A stretch of 64,000 bases of DNA from Takakia lepidozioides (lineage: Eukaryota > Plantae > Bryophyta), in NCBI GenBank assembly GCA_030704615.1, contig CM060731.1, positions 60,264,001-60,328,000 on the forward strand. The letters run 5' to 3'. Below are positions 47,340 through 60,590 of this stretch, in pieces (position 1 is the first letter of the stretch; each line of letters begins with the position of its first letter). Below the pieces are notes generated by a model. It was not told the origin of the DNA, did no database searches, and saw only the letters and a program-made list of their open reading frames with translations. The position numbers and the translations under genes were made by a program.

Positions 47340-49540
47340 GCAATAGCCCAAAGGGGGGGTTTACAACTATATGACTTGAGGTCCGTTTGGTAGAAACTTC
47401 CATAGATGTCGGTGTTCTCATCCCGACGTTCGTTTGTTCCCCTCAAGCGCTTGTTCCCCACATCCATTTTCGAACCGGTTCTATACCTAGTAGGTGCGGC
47501 GTCATGATAAGCAGGTTGGGAGTCAAGGCAGTACCCGTTTTCCGGTAAACCCGGCGATCCAAAGTGCCTGTTACCTAACTGCTTCGACTCCTTAACTTGC
47601 AGGTGCGGCCTGGCCCTTATATAACTACTTGAATCTGCTCATGAGGTTATAGTTGTTGCTAATTATAACATATCATTAATTGTTACTAATTTATTTTTGT
47701 GCTGCAGATTGGGATGACTTTTTAGAGGATTATGGAGATGCAATTGCCAGATGTTGTCTACGGCAAGTTGAAACCGGTCAAGCTCAGGAGCAATTTTGCA
47801 CTTGGTTTATCAAGGCAAAACTTACGTGTGAAACTTCCATGGAAAAAAATGTTGCTCATGGTATATGACTCTAGCTTTAACATATGCTGACGAAGCTACC
47901 ATGCTTGCTCATCTCGACATCACCAAAACCAGTCCTCGAGGTTGTTCTCTTAGAGATGCTTACTTTGACACTCGAATTTTTTTTGTGCGAGGTGGTGTTG
48001 AATTGTATCATCTGAGAGAATTCACTTGATCACCCCCTAAAAGTGCGCAATTCAATTGAATTGCAAGGGCAACTCAATTGAACTAACCCTAATTTGCAAT
48101 TCAATTGAATTGCTGACTACACTTCAATTGAATTGTAATCTATAATTTTTAACTTATTTTTGTATATAATATATAATATATATGTACATGTATATATTCA
48201 AATTATATTTATACACATATAAGAGTATAAGCTAAAAATACATGTTGCCCGTCTATTCTTGCTGGCCCTCTTTCTTGTGCCCTTGAGGAAATTGTGGAGT
48301 TGTGAAACCAGCCTCAGCCTCAACGAGAAAGGGAGAGCCAGAGACGGAGACAGATCAGCAGCTTCCTGTGATTCACTAGCAAAAGAAACATGGCTGGCTC
48401 CGAAAAAAACAGACAAAATCAAACCTGACAATTGATGAAAGGCTTCCCCTGCATCACCATGTAGTCCCCTAACAATAGTATCTGGCCAAGGACAAAGAAA
48501 ACAAAAATTATGTTCATCTTGAGAATTATCAAAAATTTGGATACCCTTACAAAGGTATCATGTTGAAGTTGGGATGTGTGTTCTATATAAGTTTAATATA
48601 TCAAACTCTTACACGTTGATACTCTTACATTGGTATCATGTTTGGTATATGTACATAGCCATATATTGGCACCAACATCCACAAAGAGAGACAATCCCGC
48701 TTTTACAAGTGCTTCGTGACTTCCCCTCTCTCTCTCTCCCTCTCTCGCTCTCCCTTAGGCTTATCTTGGGCTCAAGCCTTACCACGGGCAAAGGATTGAC
48801 AGACGGATAGCAAGAATAGACAGGCAACATGTATTTTTAGCTTATACTTGTGTATATGTATAATTTAAATATATACATATGTATTATATACATAAATAAG
48901 TTAAAAATTATAGATTACAATTCAATTGAATTGTAGTCTGCAATTGAATTGAATTGCGAGTTGACAATTCAATTGAATTGCCAATTCGCAATTCAATTGA
49001 ATCGTGTGCCGACAATTCAATTGAATTGCAAATTAGGGTTAGTTCAATTGAATTGCGTTTGCAATTCAATTGAATTGCGCACTTTTAGGGGGTGATCAAG
49101 TGAATTGCGATGCATTTCACATCAAGGCCTTTTTGGAATTCCCTAGACCATCACAGGCTGGGTAAAAAAAATGGTTTTGGTTGTATCTGGTGCTCCTGAC
49201 AGTAACTACTCGAATAAGACAGGACGAGCTACAAGCTTAAGAGGCTTAATATGATGGGAGTTCCAATGGACTATCAGAAACACGGACCATCACTCACGGA
49301 AGCGTTTATGAGGTACAATATTGACCAAGATGGAATCTATGACCCCGCTATTCAGAATATCATGTCTAGTGAGGTTGGTAGTGGTGGAGATGTGAGTTGG
49401 AACGAGGCTTTGAAGGTTAAAACTAATTGGTACTTGAAAGCTCAATACGGTATTCAGGAGAACAATCAGTGTCCTTCGGAGATTGAGGCTTCTCATAACG
49501 TTCCAATTAATTTGGATGGGATTGCAACACTGCCGCTCAA
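47340..49540 (+). pseudogene. Cargo gene C, unknown product, interrupted by the TIR element at 48023-49102
   Basis: The reading frame ...FVRGGVELYHLRE|LRCISHQGLFGIP...MMGVPMDYQKHGP is restored across the insertion. Its stops are TAA/TAG, compatible with mutated Gln codons. Confidence 0.5.
48023..49102. mobile_element. Non-autonomous DNA transposon with ~230-bp TIRs and AATT TSD (Sola1-like)
   Basis: TIR begins CACTTGATCACCCCCTAAAAGTGCGC and contains arrays of the palindrome CAATTCAATTGAATTG. TSD AATT (48019-48022 / 49103-49106) is fixed by reading-frame restoration. Confidence 0.8.
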
Positions 49541-51212
49541 AATAATGATGTCAATGCAATTGTCGATACTTATGGTCCAATTGATACTCAAAGTGATGAT
49601 TGTAACAATGCTGCTTTTTGAAATGATGTCGTTGTTGCTGATGTTGATTGCATTCTGAAGCAATTTTATTCACGCAATGGACACAGCATCATTTCTTCAA
49701 ATTCTCATAATCAAATTGGTCCACATGTTTTCAGGGGAATATATTTTAACTGTGTGTTTCAGATCATGCCACTTCTTGCTGGACCTAATGTTGACGCTTC
49801 GAAGTTGTTGTACGGATTCGATGCAAATTGAATGTAGCTTAGATCTAGATTTCAAATTTCAGAGTAGTTTCTTAGAAGTTTGAATTGTTGTAACATTGTT
49901 TTAATAGTTCAGATTCTTAGCTAGGGTTAGCTTGTGCACACTTTGTTTTGTCATACATGAGAATACTACTGATACATTAGATGCTGATTACCTTGATCAG
50001 GCACATCGATAGTGCTTTCGACAGACATTTGATAGTAATAATTTGAGGAAATTTCATCCATTGTCGGCGTTGTAATTTGTTTGTTTGCAGATAGATACAT
50101 TTTTGTATCGTCTATCGTGGAACCCGCAATTGAACTGCCGGAACCATAAGTAGGACAATCGTCAAAAAATACCATATAAGACACCAAAACCGATTACGAT
50201 TATAGTATTGTTATGCTTAACTCATGCCTTGATGACTCTTACGACGCCTCGCCATCCGGTGGTGATTAAGCTTACTTGTTGGAATTATAAAAAAGCATCC
50301 TCAGAGACAATGGGGGCGATATTTTTGGTGTTCATTGTTGTGTACCGAAGAGGGAGACTTCGTATGGGTTTAGGGGATTTCGTATCTGAAGGAATGACAA
50401 CGTCTAAGTGAATTCTGTGTCTTGACAATATATTTGGTGTGGCTCATGTGTGATTGATCATCTCTATTTCGAGTCTCTATCTGTTGAATCCTGCTCTTTA
50501 GTCTCTGCTGAATCTCCACCCTAAGCTGATTTTGAGCTTTACACTTCCATAGTAATCAACTTACACTGGAACACATTTGAAACATAAAGAACATGTGCCC
50601 AGATTGGACCTCACTAAAAATATAGGGTCCTTGCATCCAAACGACTGCAGTCCCTGCTGTAGGCATGGCCAAAAAAGTACGGAAGGTTTAGAGCAGAATT
50701 AGGGTTAACGTTCAGAATTAGGGTTTTGTGAAAGGATGCTGGATAGGGTGGCTTGGTCGTGGATTTGAAAGGAAGAACGGTGGGAAACCCGCTCTTCTGC
50801 GGCGGCAATCCGCCGTCAGAGCTCACTGCTCTTTGTTGTTGAGAGTGTGAGCACATTGAGATTCTAGCTCACTGCAATCTCTCGTTAAATGGAAGGCACT
50901 TGATTTGTGTTCGAGCGCGGATCGTGCATGATCTGAAATTTCCGCTGTGCGAGTATAAGGTTCACTTCTACAAATGTCTGTTTGATCGGAGTCCCCATCT
51001 TTGATTCCCTTCGCATGAAGTTCTCAATTCCTGGTTGCGGGGCTCCTTCCTGAGCGCTTGCGTGAGTTGGTCTGAATGGAGTAAATAATTGTTACGTTAA
51101 TCGTGTTCATCACAGCTAATGTTTACTCCATTGCTGACCAGGAGGCTGTCTTAGACACAACAAGATTTTGATCAAATCCAAGAGGGAAGGGTTTGGGAAG
51201 GGGCTCGCAGCA

Positions 51213-54200
51213 ATGTACCGGATGGTTAGATTCTCGCCATTTCGCAGACGTCTTTTTACCGAACAAAAACTTTCCAGTACTTCGCAACTTTCTTCACAAA
51301 ATGTAGGGAGAGGTGGGGTTTTCTCCACGCAACTCTCTACCTTCTCAGTTTCTTCAACCCGGAACTCCCATTCAATGATAGAGGCTCCTATGGGGTCCTT
51401 TTCCACTGCCAAGTGTAATGCTCGGGCAATCTTGTCGTTGGACTCCAATGGCTGCTCTTTGTTACCTTCCAATAATCCAGTCAAATTGGAAGTGCCCTTC
51501 CAGTCACGAAGTTGTAAGAAAGGGAGCTTGACGGACAGAGTGGGTGGTCACTCGAGTTGGGCTGGAGTACATTCTGGCACGGTGAAAATTACATGCAGTA
51601 GCAACTTTGGTGGCGTTGGAATTTTGGCTGGAGACTGTAGTAGAAGGAAATTGTACCATGGGTTTCGGAAATCTTTCTTTCATGGTAAAGAAGATTTGGC
51701 TCGTGGGCGCGGATTTACAACGTGGGTTGGGGGTTCAGGCTCTATCCCCCCAGGACATGAGGGTGGAGATGGCGCAGTTAAGACGGAGGCAGCAGCTGAC
51801 CCCTATCTTGCAAGAGAATTAGCCTTGGATGCGGTGGTTAAAATCTTTACAGTGGCTAGCAGCCCCAACTACTTTCTTCCTTGGCAGAACAAGCCTCAAA
51901 GAGAAATCACTGGTTCTGGTCAGTTCTCTCCCCCCGGGCTTCCACTCCCATCAACAAATTCTATTCCCAAACGGAATAAATAAGAGGCGGGGTATGAAGT
52001 GCATGCAATGAATTGCCCGACGTTATTGTATTCTTAGCTGTAAATCAGTATTTCACGCCCACAACTTCAGCGCTCCCCTCCTGGGGTTGGGCGGCCCTTT
52101 GTTGGGACTGCTACAAGTTTGCTACTAGCAACATACTGCTGGTTTGTTAAGGACACGAGTCTCTTTATGAGGTCCATACGAAAGGGCGCCCCTGAGGTTC
52201 CTAGTCTGGTTGCAAATAACTTGTGTGTATGTGATATAGACAGTTGCATTGAGCATCAATGGAGTTGTCATGCTAGGATAATCAATCAATAATGTGCCAG
52301 CAAACACTTCTAAGCAACGCAGACAAAGACATTACAGTCAGCCTCTTGATGTCTCCATCTTCATTAGACTCAGTGGATCTGATTTTCTTTGCAATCAGTC
52401 ACACATGTGAGTTTGCACTGTGCGGCTGGCACTATTGTAGGTTAGATGATATTCAACCACTCCATGGACTGTTTTCTCCCCAGCTTGGTAAGGTCTCTGA
52501 TCACTCTGTGGAGATTTACTGTACTTATTGGGTCAAAGTTATCAGTTGTCTGTATCCATTTTGGGAACATGTCATCATCTTTTGCAGCAGCATGAAGAGG
52601 AAATATAAAGTTTTGAAATTTTGCAGGTTTTGTGATATCCGGGGGACGAATAGTGACAAATGCCCATGTGGTTGCTGATCAGACGTTTGTATTGGTGCGC
52701 AAGCATGGATCACCTATAAAGTACCGGGCTGTTGTGGAGGCAGTAGGGCATGAGTGTGACCTAGCTCTGCTTCATGTCGACAACAACGACTTTTGGGATG
52801 GAATGAGGGAGCTTGAATTGGGAGACATTCCTTTACTTCAGGAGTCTGTCGCTGTTGTGGGATACCCCCAAGGTAGGGATGTACCAGTCAAATGTGTCTG
52901 CATTACCAGGGGAATCATTGCTGTGCCTGTTGTGAGAGTTGTTGGTCTCAAGCAGAGACAAGTGGTGGCTTTAGATCCTCCTTGTTTGGGCATTTCCTCT
53001 TACTGTAGGAAATTCTGGGAGGAATTAGTCACCATTGACACCAGTTGAAATTGTTCTTCTTTTCATGAAATATACAGGGGGTGATAATATTTCAGTGACT
53101 GGTGGAGTTGTGTCGAGAGTTGAACCTACACAATATGTACATGGGGCATCCCACCTGATGGCTATTCAGATTGATGCGGCCATCAATCCTGGCAACAGTG
53201 GGGGTCCAGCGCTTATGGAGGACAAGGTGGTGGGGGTGGCCTTCCAGAACCTTCCAAATGCCGAGAACATAGGGTGTGTAATGGAATATCTTCTCTGATT
53301 TTGTCACTCTCCCCAACAGAATCTGTCTTGCATTCTGTCATTCATACTCACTTTTAGCATGGTGTGGGGTTGTGCTCACTCCCACAATTTCGTTTAATTT
53401 AGTTTGATTTAGCAGGCCGTGTCTTCACAATTTTGAATAGTCACTGCTCTGCAGGAAACTCCAATGCACACATTCTCATTCTTTGTCTAAGTTTCTGTAT
53501 GATATGCACACATGCATGTGCTTCAACATCACAATATCAAGTGACCAACAAAGGTGGGGCTGATGAAATGTGGCAGGTACATAATCCCTGTACCAGTGAT
53601 CAACCATTTTCTGTTGGATGTGGAGGAGTCAGGGCGTTACATTGGCTTCTGCTCCTTGGGAGTCACATGCCAACCGACTGAGAATGTGCAGCTGCGGGAG
53701 CATCTGAGGTATGAGTTAAGAGAATGCTGACAAAAAATTGTGTTTTCCAAAGTAAAAAAGCTTACATGGTTTGCAGGATGAGAAGACACGAGAAATCTTA
53801 AAAAGCACATCTCTGTCTCTGTCTCTCAGTCCCCACCACCCCCTCTGATATCATGAAGTTTGTTCAAGTCATCATCAACCTATTGATTTTACATTATGTC
53901 GTAGTCTGAGTGTATTGTTGATCAAGCTTGCAGCCTGAAAGAATTGTCTCATCTCTATTGTGCAGCCTCTCTCTCACACACACAATGGTAGTGTATGTTC
54001 CCTATTGTTCCTTCAAGACTGAGTGCAGGGTCTATGGCCAGGAGGCTGTAGCAAACAATGTCTTATGAGTACATTCTCTCTCTCTCATTCATCACAGGGC
54101 ATACAACAATTGAATATACATGTAGAGATGTATTCGGTAACTGCTCCATGGGGCTGTTAGCTGTTGAGGACATAGTCCCCATGAGACTTCAACCCTTCCT

Positions 54201-56818
54201 GGAACTAGGGTCAAACTCTCGAGTGTCCGATCCTTAGTGAAGATTGGCACCTGGGTTACCTGAGTTTTTCCCCTAAAGAAGGAAACAGTCTTACCAAGAA
54301 AAACGTTCTACGGTGTCTGATAGGCCTGCTGAGTGAGCCTCCCATGGATGTACTAATGAATTGTCTTTCTTTTCTCGCTATATTGCATACACATACACTC
54401 AAAATTTCATATGTATCACGGCCATCCTAACTTTTTGCTCCACATACGTGAATGATTTATCCAGAAGGGCATTCTAGAAATTTAAACCCAATCCCAAATA
54501 CTACTGATTTGAAACTTGGATTAACGGTGAATTTCTGGATCTATTCATGTATGTGCAGGATGCCACCGGGACTGACAGGTGTCTTGATTAACAAGATCCA
54601 TCCACTGACTGACAGCTATCGTTGCCTTCAAAAGGATGACGTTCTTCTGGCCTTTGATCAGACTCCCATTGCAAATGATGGAACAGGTAGACTTTACAGC
54701 TTCATCTTCACCTACTCTATTTTATTCTTGTGTCTTGGCCAGTCTTTAAGAGAGTCAAGTAAGGTGCTTTTCTTGGCTGTAACCTAATCCTGATAAACTG
54801 AGACTCCTCTCATAATTGTGAACAGTGAAAGACATTCCACCTCACACACACTCGAGAACTGCAGCTAATCTCCAAACCTGAGAAACTGAAGTCAGTCTGC
54901 AAGTAGTTTCTGGGCTTAAATTTGGGGGCAGTTCTGTATGGTTTCACCCTCCTGGGTCTACGGGGATGGACAGACAGATGTGACAAGACATCCAGAGAGA
55001 TAATGAGGCTAGGGTCAGTAATGATTGGAAGCGCAGCTGACAATGCTGAGATGGCAGTGCATTTTCGTAACAGGGAGCGCATCTCATTTGATCACTTGGT
55101 GTCCATGAAAAAAGCTGGTGACACTGCCCACCTCACCGTGCTCCGTGCAGGCGAACAACTCAACTTTGAAGTGAAGCTCGGCCCTGTATGTATTCCTTTT
55201 TCTGTTTGTTATTCCTTCCTCTTCAGTAGGTGGTTAAATGTGTCTCTTTCTTTCCCTCCATCATGTTCCTCGTTTACTCGCTGCAAGGCTCGGCATTGCA
55301 ATTTTAGTTCAGTATACATATTTAGTTACTGCAGTTAGTACCATGGAGTGTCCAAAGTTCAGATCCTACATAGATCTGCAGTACAATTTGTATTTCATGG
55401 GGAGTCATTGCAGCCAGGTCTCCATGAATGACCTTACGTGAAAGTTCACACCAGCTATGTGACTCTTCTCAAGCTAATATACTCAGGTTATCATGTCTTC
55501 TAACACAGAATTGGCTGCCATGAGCAAAACAATGAGTATTTTTGCACATTCTACTAAGTATTTCCTGCCTACTCCAAAGGAGGGCCAGTCTTCATGGGAA
55601 GTTACTGTAATGTATTGTCACAACCAAGCTATTACCTTCCCCCTGCCCTTTTTGACTTTGCTTACCTTGTTTTGCAGCTTCGGCCATTAGTACCAATCCA
55701 TCAGTTTGACAGACTACCCAGTTACCACATCTTTGCAGGGCTGGTATTCACACCACTGACTCAGCCCTACCTGCATGAATATGGTGAGGACTGGTACAAT
55801 ACATCGCCCCGTCGACTCTGCGATCGTGCCCTTAGAGCCAAGCCCACTAAGGCAGGCGAGCAGGTGGTCATCTTGTCTCAGGTGATGATCTGCTTTGTGA
55901 CGAGAACTGTTGCGGATTTCAAGATATTAAGATACCAGTTTCTCAATTTGGAAAACAAGTACTGCATTTTCTGTGAAGTGCAGTATGAACCATGGAGGGG
56001 AAAGATAGTATGATGCTCTGATCATTCTCAATAGCCAACTGCATATGGAAACTTTGTCTTCAGAATGCTTCACCTTAATCCCCCTTTCAGCAAATGATTG
56101 AGAGCATGAATCATAATTTGTTGCTTTGCTCATGTGACTGTTGCTCCATGAGGGGTTCCATCCACTCCCTTGTGTAGAGGATGCATTGTGTTAGTGCCAC
56201 TCTTTGTGTTGAAATTTCGAGGCTTCATCTTGTGCTATTTAAGAAAGACGTGTGTGCCTCCCCTCACTTAAATAAGAGCTTACTGTAGGATGGGGCTGAA
56301 TGGCAGGTGCTAATGGATGAGATCAATGCTGGCTACGAACGATTGGCTGAGCTTCAGGTTTGTTATACCATATGACATCTGGGTTGTGGGTTGTGCTTTC
56401 CAGCTGCATTCTTCTGCAATTTGTTCCTAGGGGTATTAGGCTTCCACTTCACTAAAGTTGTTAATCAAATCTCCAGGTGAAAAAGGTGAATGGGGTTGAG
56501 ATTCATAATCTTCGGCATCTACGGCAACTGGTAGAGGGCTGTGCAGAGGCGAGCCTTCGCTTTGATTTGGATGATGGACGGGTGGTGGTGCTCAATTATG
56601 AGGCTGCCAAAGAAGCTTCCTTCCGGATCTTGCAACGTCACCGCATTTCGACTCCCACATCTAGCGATCTTTTGGTCGATGAAAGTGTGAGGGAGGAGGT
56701 GCTGGAGTGTTGGGAGCGCCCCTGGATACAGCAAGAGGAAAGTGACTCAGACGATGCAAATAGGGAGGAGGCAGTGGACTTGCCAGTTAAAGTATCCTTG
56801 GTGAGATTCAATAGGTAG
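51213..56818 (+). CDS. DEG10: Deg/HtrA serine protease DEG10 (mitochondrial type), 9 exons
   Basis: Exons 51213-51918, 52627-52872, 53078-53273, 53577-53708, 54559-54686, 55058-55185, 55678-55881, 56307-56357 and 56477-56818. TNAHVV, ECDLA and GNSGGP triad motifs; PDZ regions; [16 protein letters not shown]; presequence-like N-terminus. Confidence 0.93.
53978..54074 (+). mobile_element. Short 3' fragment of the same LINE family in DEG10 intron 4
   Basis: ATGGCCAGGAGGCTGTAGCAAACAATGTCTTATGAGTACATT, flanked by CTCTCTCTCA on both sides. Confidence 0.75.
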
Positions 56819-58040
56819 GTATTTTGTTGCCTTGCCTGCTCCAGCTCCCTATCTTCGACTCTCCCCACCCCAAATAAGAGTTGTGTTTGCGCCTTTTGTA
56901 TGTCAGGTGCACACATGTACCAATAGCCATTATCCTGTTTGGTTGGTTTATTTTCTTATTCTTCACAATGCCCTTTCGACATTGCTACAGGTGTCAAGCA
57001 CCAGCAGCTGCCAGGCAGGTGGTGCTGTATGAAAATAAAGAGAGTTCTCTTCAAAACTCGTTGAATTTGACTGAATTGTTTTTCTTTGAATGAATTGTGG
57101 TGATGGACTCCCTTAATGTAGGTTCTTCAGAACAATCAGAACCTTTCGTAGTCATACTGGAAGGGAATACTGGTGTCTGGAGGATGAAAAAGAGCTGAAG
57201 GTGGTTAACACTGGGTTAACTTGTTGATTCCAGGTGAGTTTGAAGGGCAGGTGTAGAGCATAAATGCTCAAGTTTGGAAGCATTGTGCACGGCGTCTGAT
57301 GGACAGGCCCCAATGGCCTCACAACCGCTGCCATCAAAGGTTGCCCTGCTGATACGGATTTTAGGAATGACAAGGGGAAGTTAGCATGTCCGGAGGGACT
57401 TGCTTATTATTCCTTAGCATTTTTGTTGGGTCAGGATAATCCCAGGGTTTGATCTCTGGAGAAGAGAGAACGGAAAGGATGGAAAGGATGTACGCACTTT
57501 CAAATATGCAAATGATGGGGGTATCAGCCATCCGAGAATGATCAGAATTGATTGTCCAAGGTTTTTTGTCCTCCTTACATCAGCGGTTCCTGAAGTCCCT
57601 TGCGTTTGGCAAATTTGGTCTGAAGCACAGGACATTGGGAGCAGAAATTTCCTATTATTTCACCATGAGTTGATGCTCATTTTTTCGCTACCACTCAACA
57701 TTCTTATCATCTGGTGAGCTCTTGGAAGAAATGCCCACCAACAAGTCTTAGGTCTCTTGTCTCTCTGAGAATCATTCCCTTCTTCATTCGACGACACTTA
57801 AGTTACTCCTGAGTCTTTATGGTGCAGACTCTCAAAAAGTCATGGATGCTCCTTGGGTAGCACCTGTAAACTCTGCCAAAACTCCTGTCAGCCTCTCTAC
57901 CACCATGTGTCATCCCCAGCAGTTCTGTAGTGCTTGGTTCCATTGTTGGACTAATATAGTAAGGGAGCACTGGAACATCAATGTGGTATCACACTTCTTT
58001 GTAGCTCAACACGTACTTAATAAACTGGGAGCCTTGCCAC

Positions 58041-58326
58041 CAGTGTTTTTATTTCTGGTGAAATTTCGCACTTTTTCGATCTCAAAAATCAAAATAGAAT
58101 ATTCTGTCGTAAATTCCCTATTTTCTCATGGATGAAATCGCCAAAATTCTCAAAAATATATATAAATCTTGGATGAATTCTCCTAATATGGATGATATAC
58201 ATGGATAAAAGTACAGAGAAGGATGATTCTGTCCAAATTTCAGTGGATGAGCAGAAAATATGGCTATTTCCTGCAAAACTCAGTAGCCAGTCCTGTTCTT
58301 TTCCAAATTTGAAAAAAAAAACACTG
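58041..58326. mobile_element. hAT MITE
   Basis: CAGTGTTTTT...AAAAACACTG termini; 8-bp TSD CTTGCCAC (58033-58040 / 58327-58334). Confidence 0.9.
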
Positions 58327-59420
58327 CTTGCCACCTAAGCCTTTTTTTTTCTTTTTTTTTTGGCAAAGTGGGGAATGAAGCCCACAAAAAGCCATTCTAT
58401 TATCGAAGTAGAGAACAGAATAGAAAGGAAGCAATATGCATGTTCTGTATTTTGTGTGTTGCACTCTAAAATAGAATGGCTTGGCCAGTAATGAAAACAT
58501 ATCACGAAAAGAGAGGAGGGTTTCAAAGTGAGAGGGATGAAACATGAAACCCAAGAGTGATGGTGTGGTTCAGGGACTCTGGGTGGGTCTGTTGTGTGTT
58601 CTCAATTATGGCTACAGTTATTTGCCCCAGGGACATTCCCTTGTCCCAGAGAAAGCTTAGTAGCCCAATGAAGTGCTTGGCAGTGTCCTCCAGAACCTCA
58701 AAACAATAATAACAACAGGCTGGAAGGCCCCACCGTCCCTCACAAACTACAAAATCCGTACTCTAACAATTGTGGGCTATGGCGGAGGGTCACATTCATC
58801 CCTTCCCTCTATTTTGAATTTGATGCACTGGCCACAAATATATGAGAAGGAGAGTGAAGGAGGAGTTATTGGGTCCAATTACTTTCATTATTCTTCCCTC
58901 CCCAAATAGGGAGTGGGTCATAACTTCACTTTGTGGGCTTCTTAACTTTTGCAGGCTGTGAAATCTCAGAGACTTCGTCTCTGGGGAGATTGGAGGAAGG
59001 GGATTCCACACAGGCTGGAGGACTGACTGTGTTGTGTGAGGGAGGACAGTTAGTACAGCACACAATGCAGGTGCTTTTTGGGTGCTGGCCTTCCATCTCA
59101 GAAGAGGCGCTCCGGAGTGGTAAGCTTAATCTGGTCTCAGCAGCATTGTTTGAGGATGCTTTCAACATGTGTGCAGCTAGTGTGAAGACTCTTAAGACCA
59201 AAGCTGCTCGGGGGGGGGGGGGGGGGTGGAGCGGCGGTGAGGAGGATATGCAGATGAAAGTGTGTTGGATTCAGACCTGAGGCTTACTTTGCAGACTGCA
59301 GAGTATCAGGTCGGAAGGGAGTGATCCACAGTTCCAAGGTGAGAGAAAGTGAAGGTCAGGGAGAGGGAGAGACGTGGCAGACAGCGGAAATGAGGTGCAA
59401 GAAGCTGAAGAGGAAAAGGA

Positions 59421-60590
59421 ATGGATAGTTGGGGTGGTGGACGTAGCGAGGAAGGGAGTAATCAGTGGGATGCAGAGCGGGTTGCCATGGCAATGCATCG
59501 CTCTTCCTGTCATATGAGTTCAACAGATTGTCGAGTCAGGTGTGATTGTGGTTCCATTCGAAGGGCAAGGCAGCAATCCCGACGGACATGTAGGAGTAGT
59601 GCAGACAGGGCTTGTCCAGGAAAAGTCTCGACTTTTAGATTGCCTCAAGTTGTGTGGAGACCATGGGTTTCTCTTGTTATTGTCTTCGTGTTGACCGGGT
59701 GTCTGTCACCGAGTGCGTATGCTTTTAGCCTTGGTAGCTTGAAGGGTAGGAAGCTTGCAACAGGGACGAATATCACTACAATAGATCAAACAATACAGGC
59801 GGCGGCTTTCGCAGCCTTCACCCATGCGAAAACAGGGACTATCTACAATGCCACACTCCCCTCGTCCCTTGCCAGCGTCACTGTCCAAGCTATTCGCCTC
59901 CGCACGGGGCACTTGAGGAGAAAGGGATTAGTTTTCAACGAGTTCAACATCCCTCCCGGGTGTGTGGTTGAAGATCGTAGTCTCGTCAGGGTGATCTTGG
60001 TCTACAGGAATTTCGGCAATTTATCCATCTATCTATCGCCTATTGCAGGTCAAGGTTTCGTGAGTCCCGTGGTTGGTGTTTTGGCCTACGATGCTTCTAA
60101 TCTCGGGGCCATAGGCCTCGCGCCAGTCAATGTCAATGCAACAGGGAGCCCCATCACAGTGAGACTCCCATTGAAGTATGCAACCGCATCCCCTCGCTGT
60201 GCTTCTTTTGACATCAGCGGGACAGCCAATGTCAGTCAATTGAGCTCACCGCCAAACACATGCTCATCTACTCATTTTGGAGATTTTGCGCTGATAGGGG
60301 TGGTGCCCACTCCGGCTCCTGCTCCATCCCCAGTGTCTGCGCCTTCCAAAAAGCACCGGTCAAACGCATGGAAGATCGCCCTTGGGACGGTATTGGGTGT
60401 CGTAGGGCTTGTGCTTATACTGGCTCTTTTAACACTTTTGGGCTTGCGGTTCAGAGAGAAGCAGCGCTTTTCCAAAATGCAATACCATGCTGACCGTGGA
60501 GAGAATCTACAGTCATCGTTTGTTGGGAGCAGCAGGGCGCCAGCCGCAGGAAGCACTAGGACACGACCAACGCTTGAGACACTCGAGTGA
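59421..60590 (+). CDS. DUF1191 family single-pass membrane protein (single exon; start codon uncertain)
   Basis: KTGTIYNATLPSSL..AIRLRTGHLRRKG..EFNIP..LVYRNFGNLS..VGVLAYDASNL, PAPAPSP linker, TM helix, C-terminal VGSSRAPAAGSTRTRPTLE. Confidence 0.88.
   Translation: MDSWGGGRSEEGSNQWDAERVAMAMHRSSCHMSSTDCRVRCDCGSIRRARQQSRRTCRSSADRACPGKVSTFRLPQVVWRPWVSLVIVFVLTGCLSPSAYAFSLGSLKGRKLATGTNITTIDQTIQAAAFAAFTHAKTGTIYNATLPSSLASVTVQAIRLRTGHLRRKGLVFNEFNIPPGCVVEDRSLVRVILVYRNFGNLSIYLSPIAGQGFVSPVVGVLAYDASNLGAIGLAPVNVNATGSPITVRLPLKYATASPRCASFDISGTANVSQLSSPPNTCSSTHFGDFALIGVVPTPAPAPSPVSAPSKKHRSNAWKIALGTVLGVVGLVLILALLTLLGLRFREKQRFSKMQYHADRGENLQSSFVGSSRAPAAGSTRTRPTLETLE

Larger units (their letters stand above)
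38507..50410. mobile_element. Large CACTA-type element carrying several decayed cargo genes; right end not found
   Basis: Left TIR CACTACAAAACGG at 38507, followed by an ACCACT/AGTGGT subterminal array (38520-38820). Downstream are compact spliced pseudogenes. The right boundary is approximate. Confidence 0.65.

Noticed and set aside
48030-49100. CRISPR-like array of CAATTCAATTGAATTG repeats
   Set aside because: The repeats are part of inverted termini, lack unique regular spacers, and lie in eukaryotic DNA without cas genes.
38874-50410. In-frame stops in cargo genes as sites of U-to-C RNA editing or readthrough
   Set aside because: Reverse editing is organellar. These genes are nuclear and spliced, and they also show G-to-A lesions (TGG to TGA, lost AG acceptors) and a frameshift. 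This fits methylation-driven decay.
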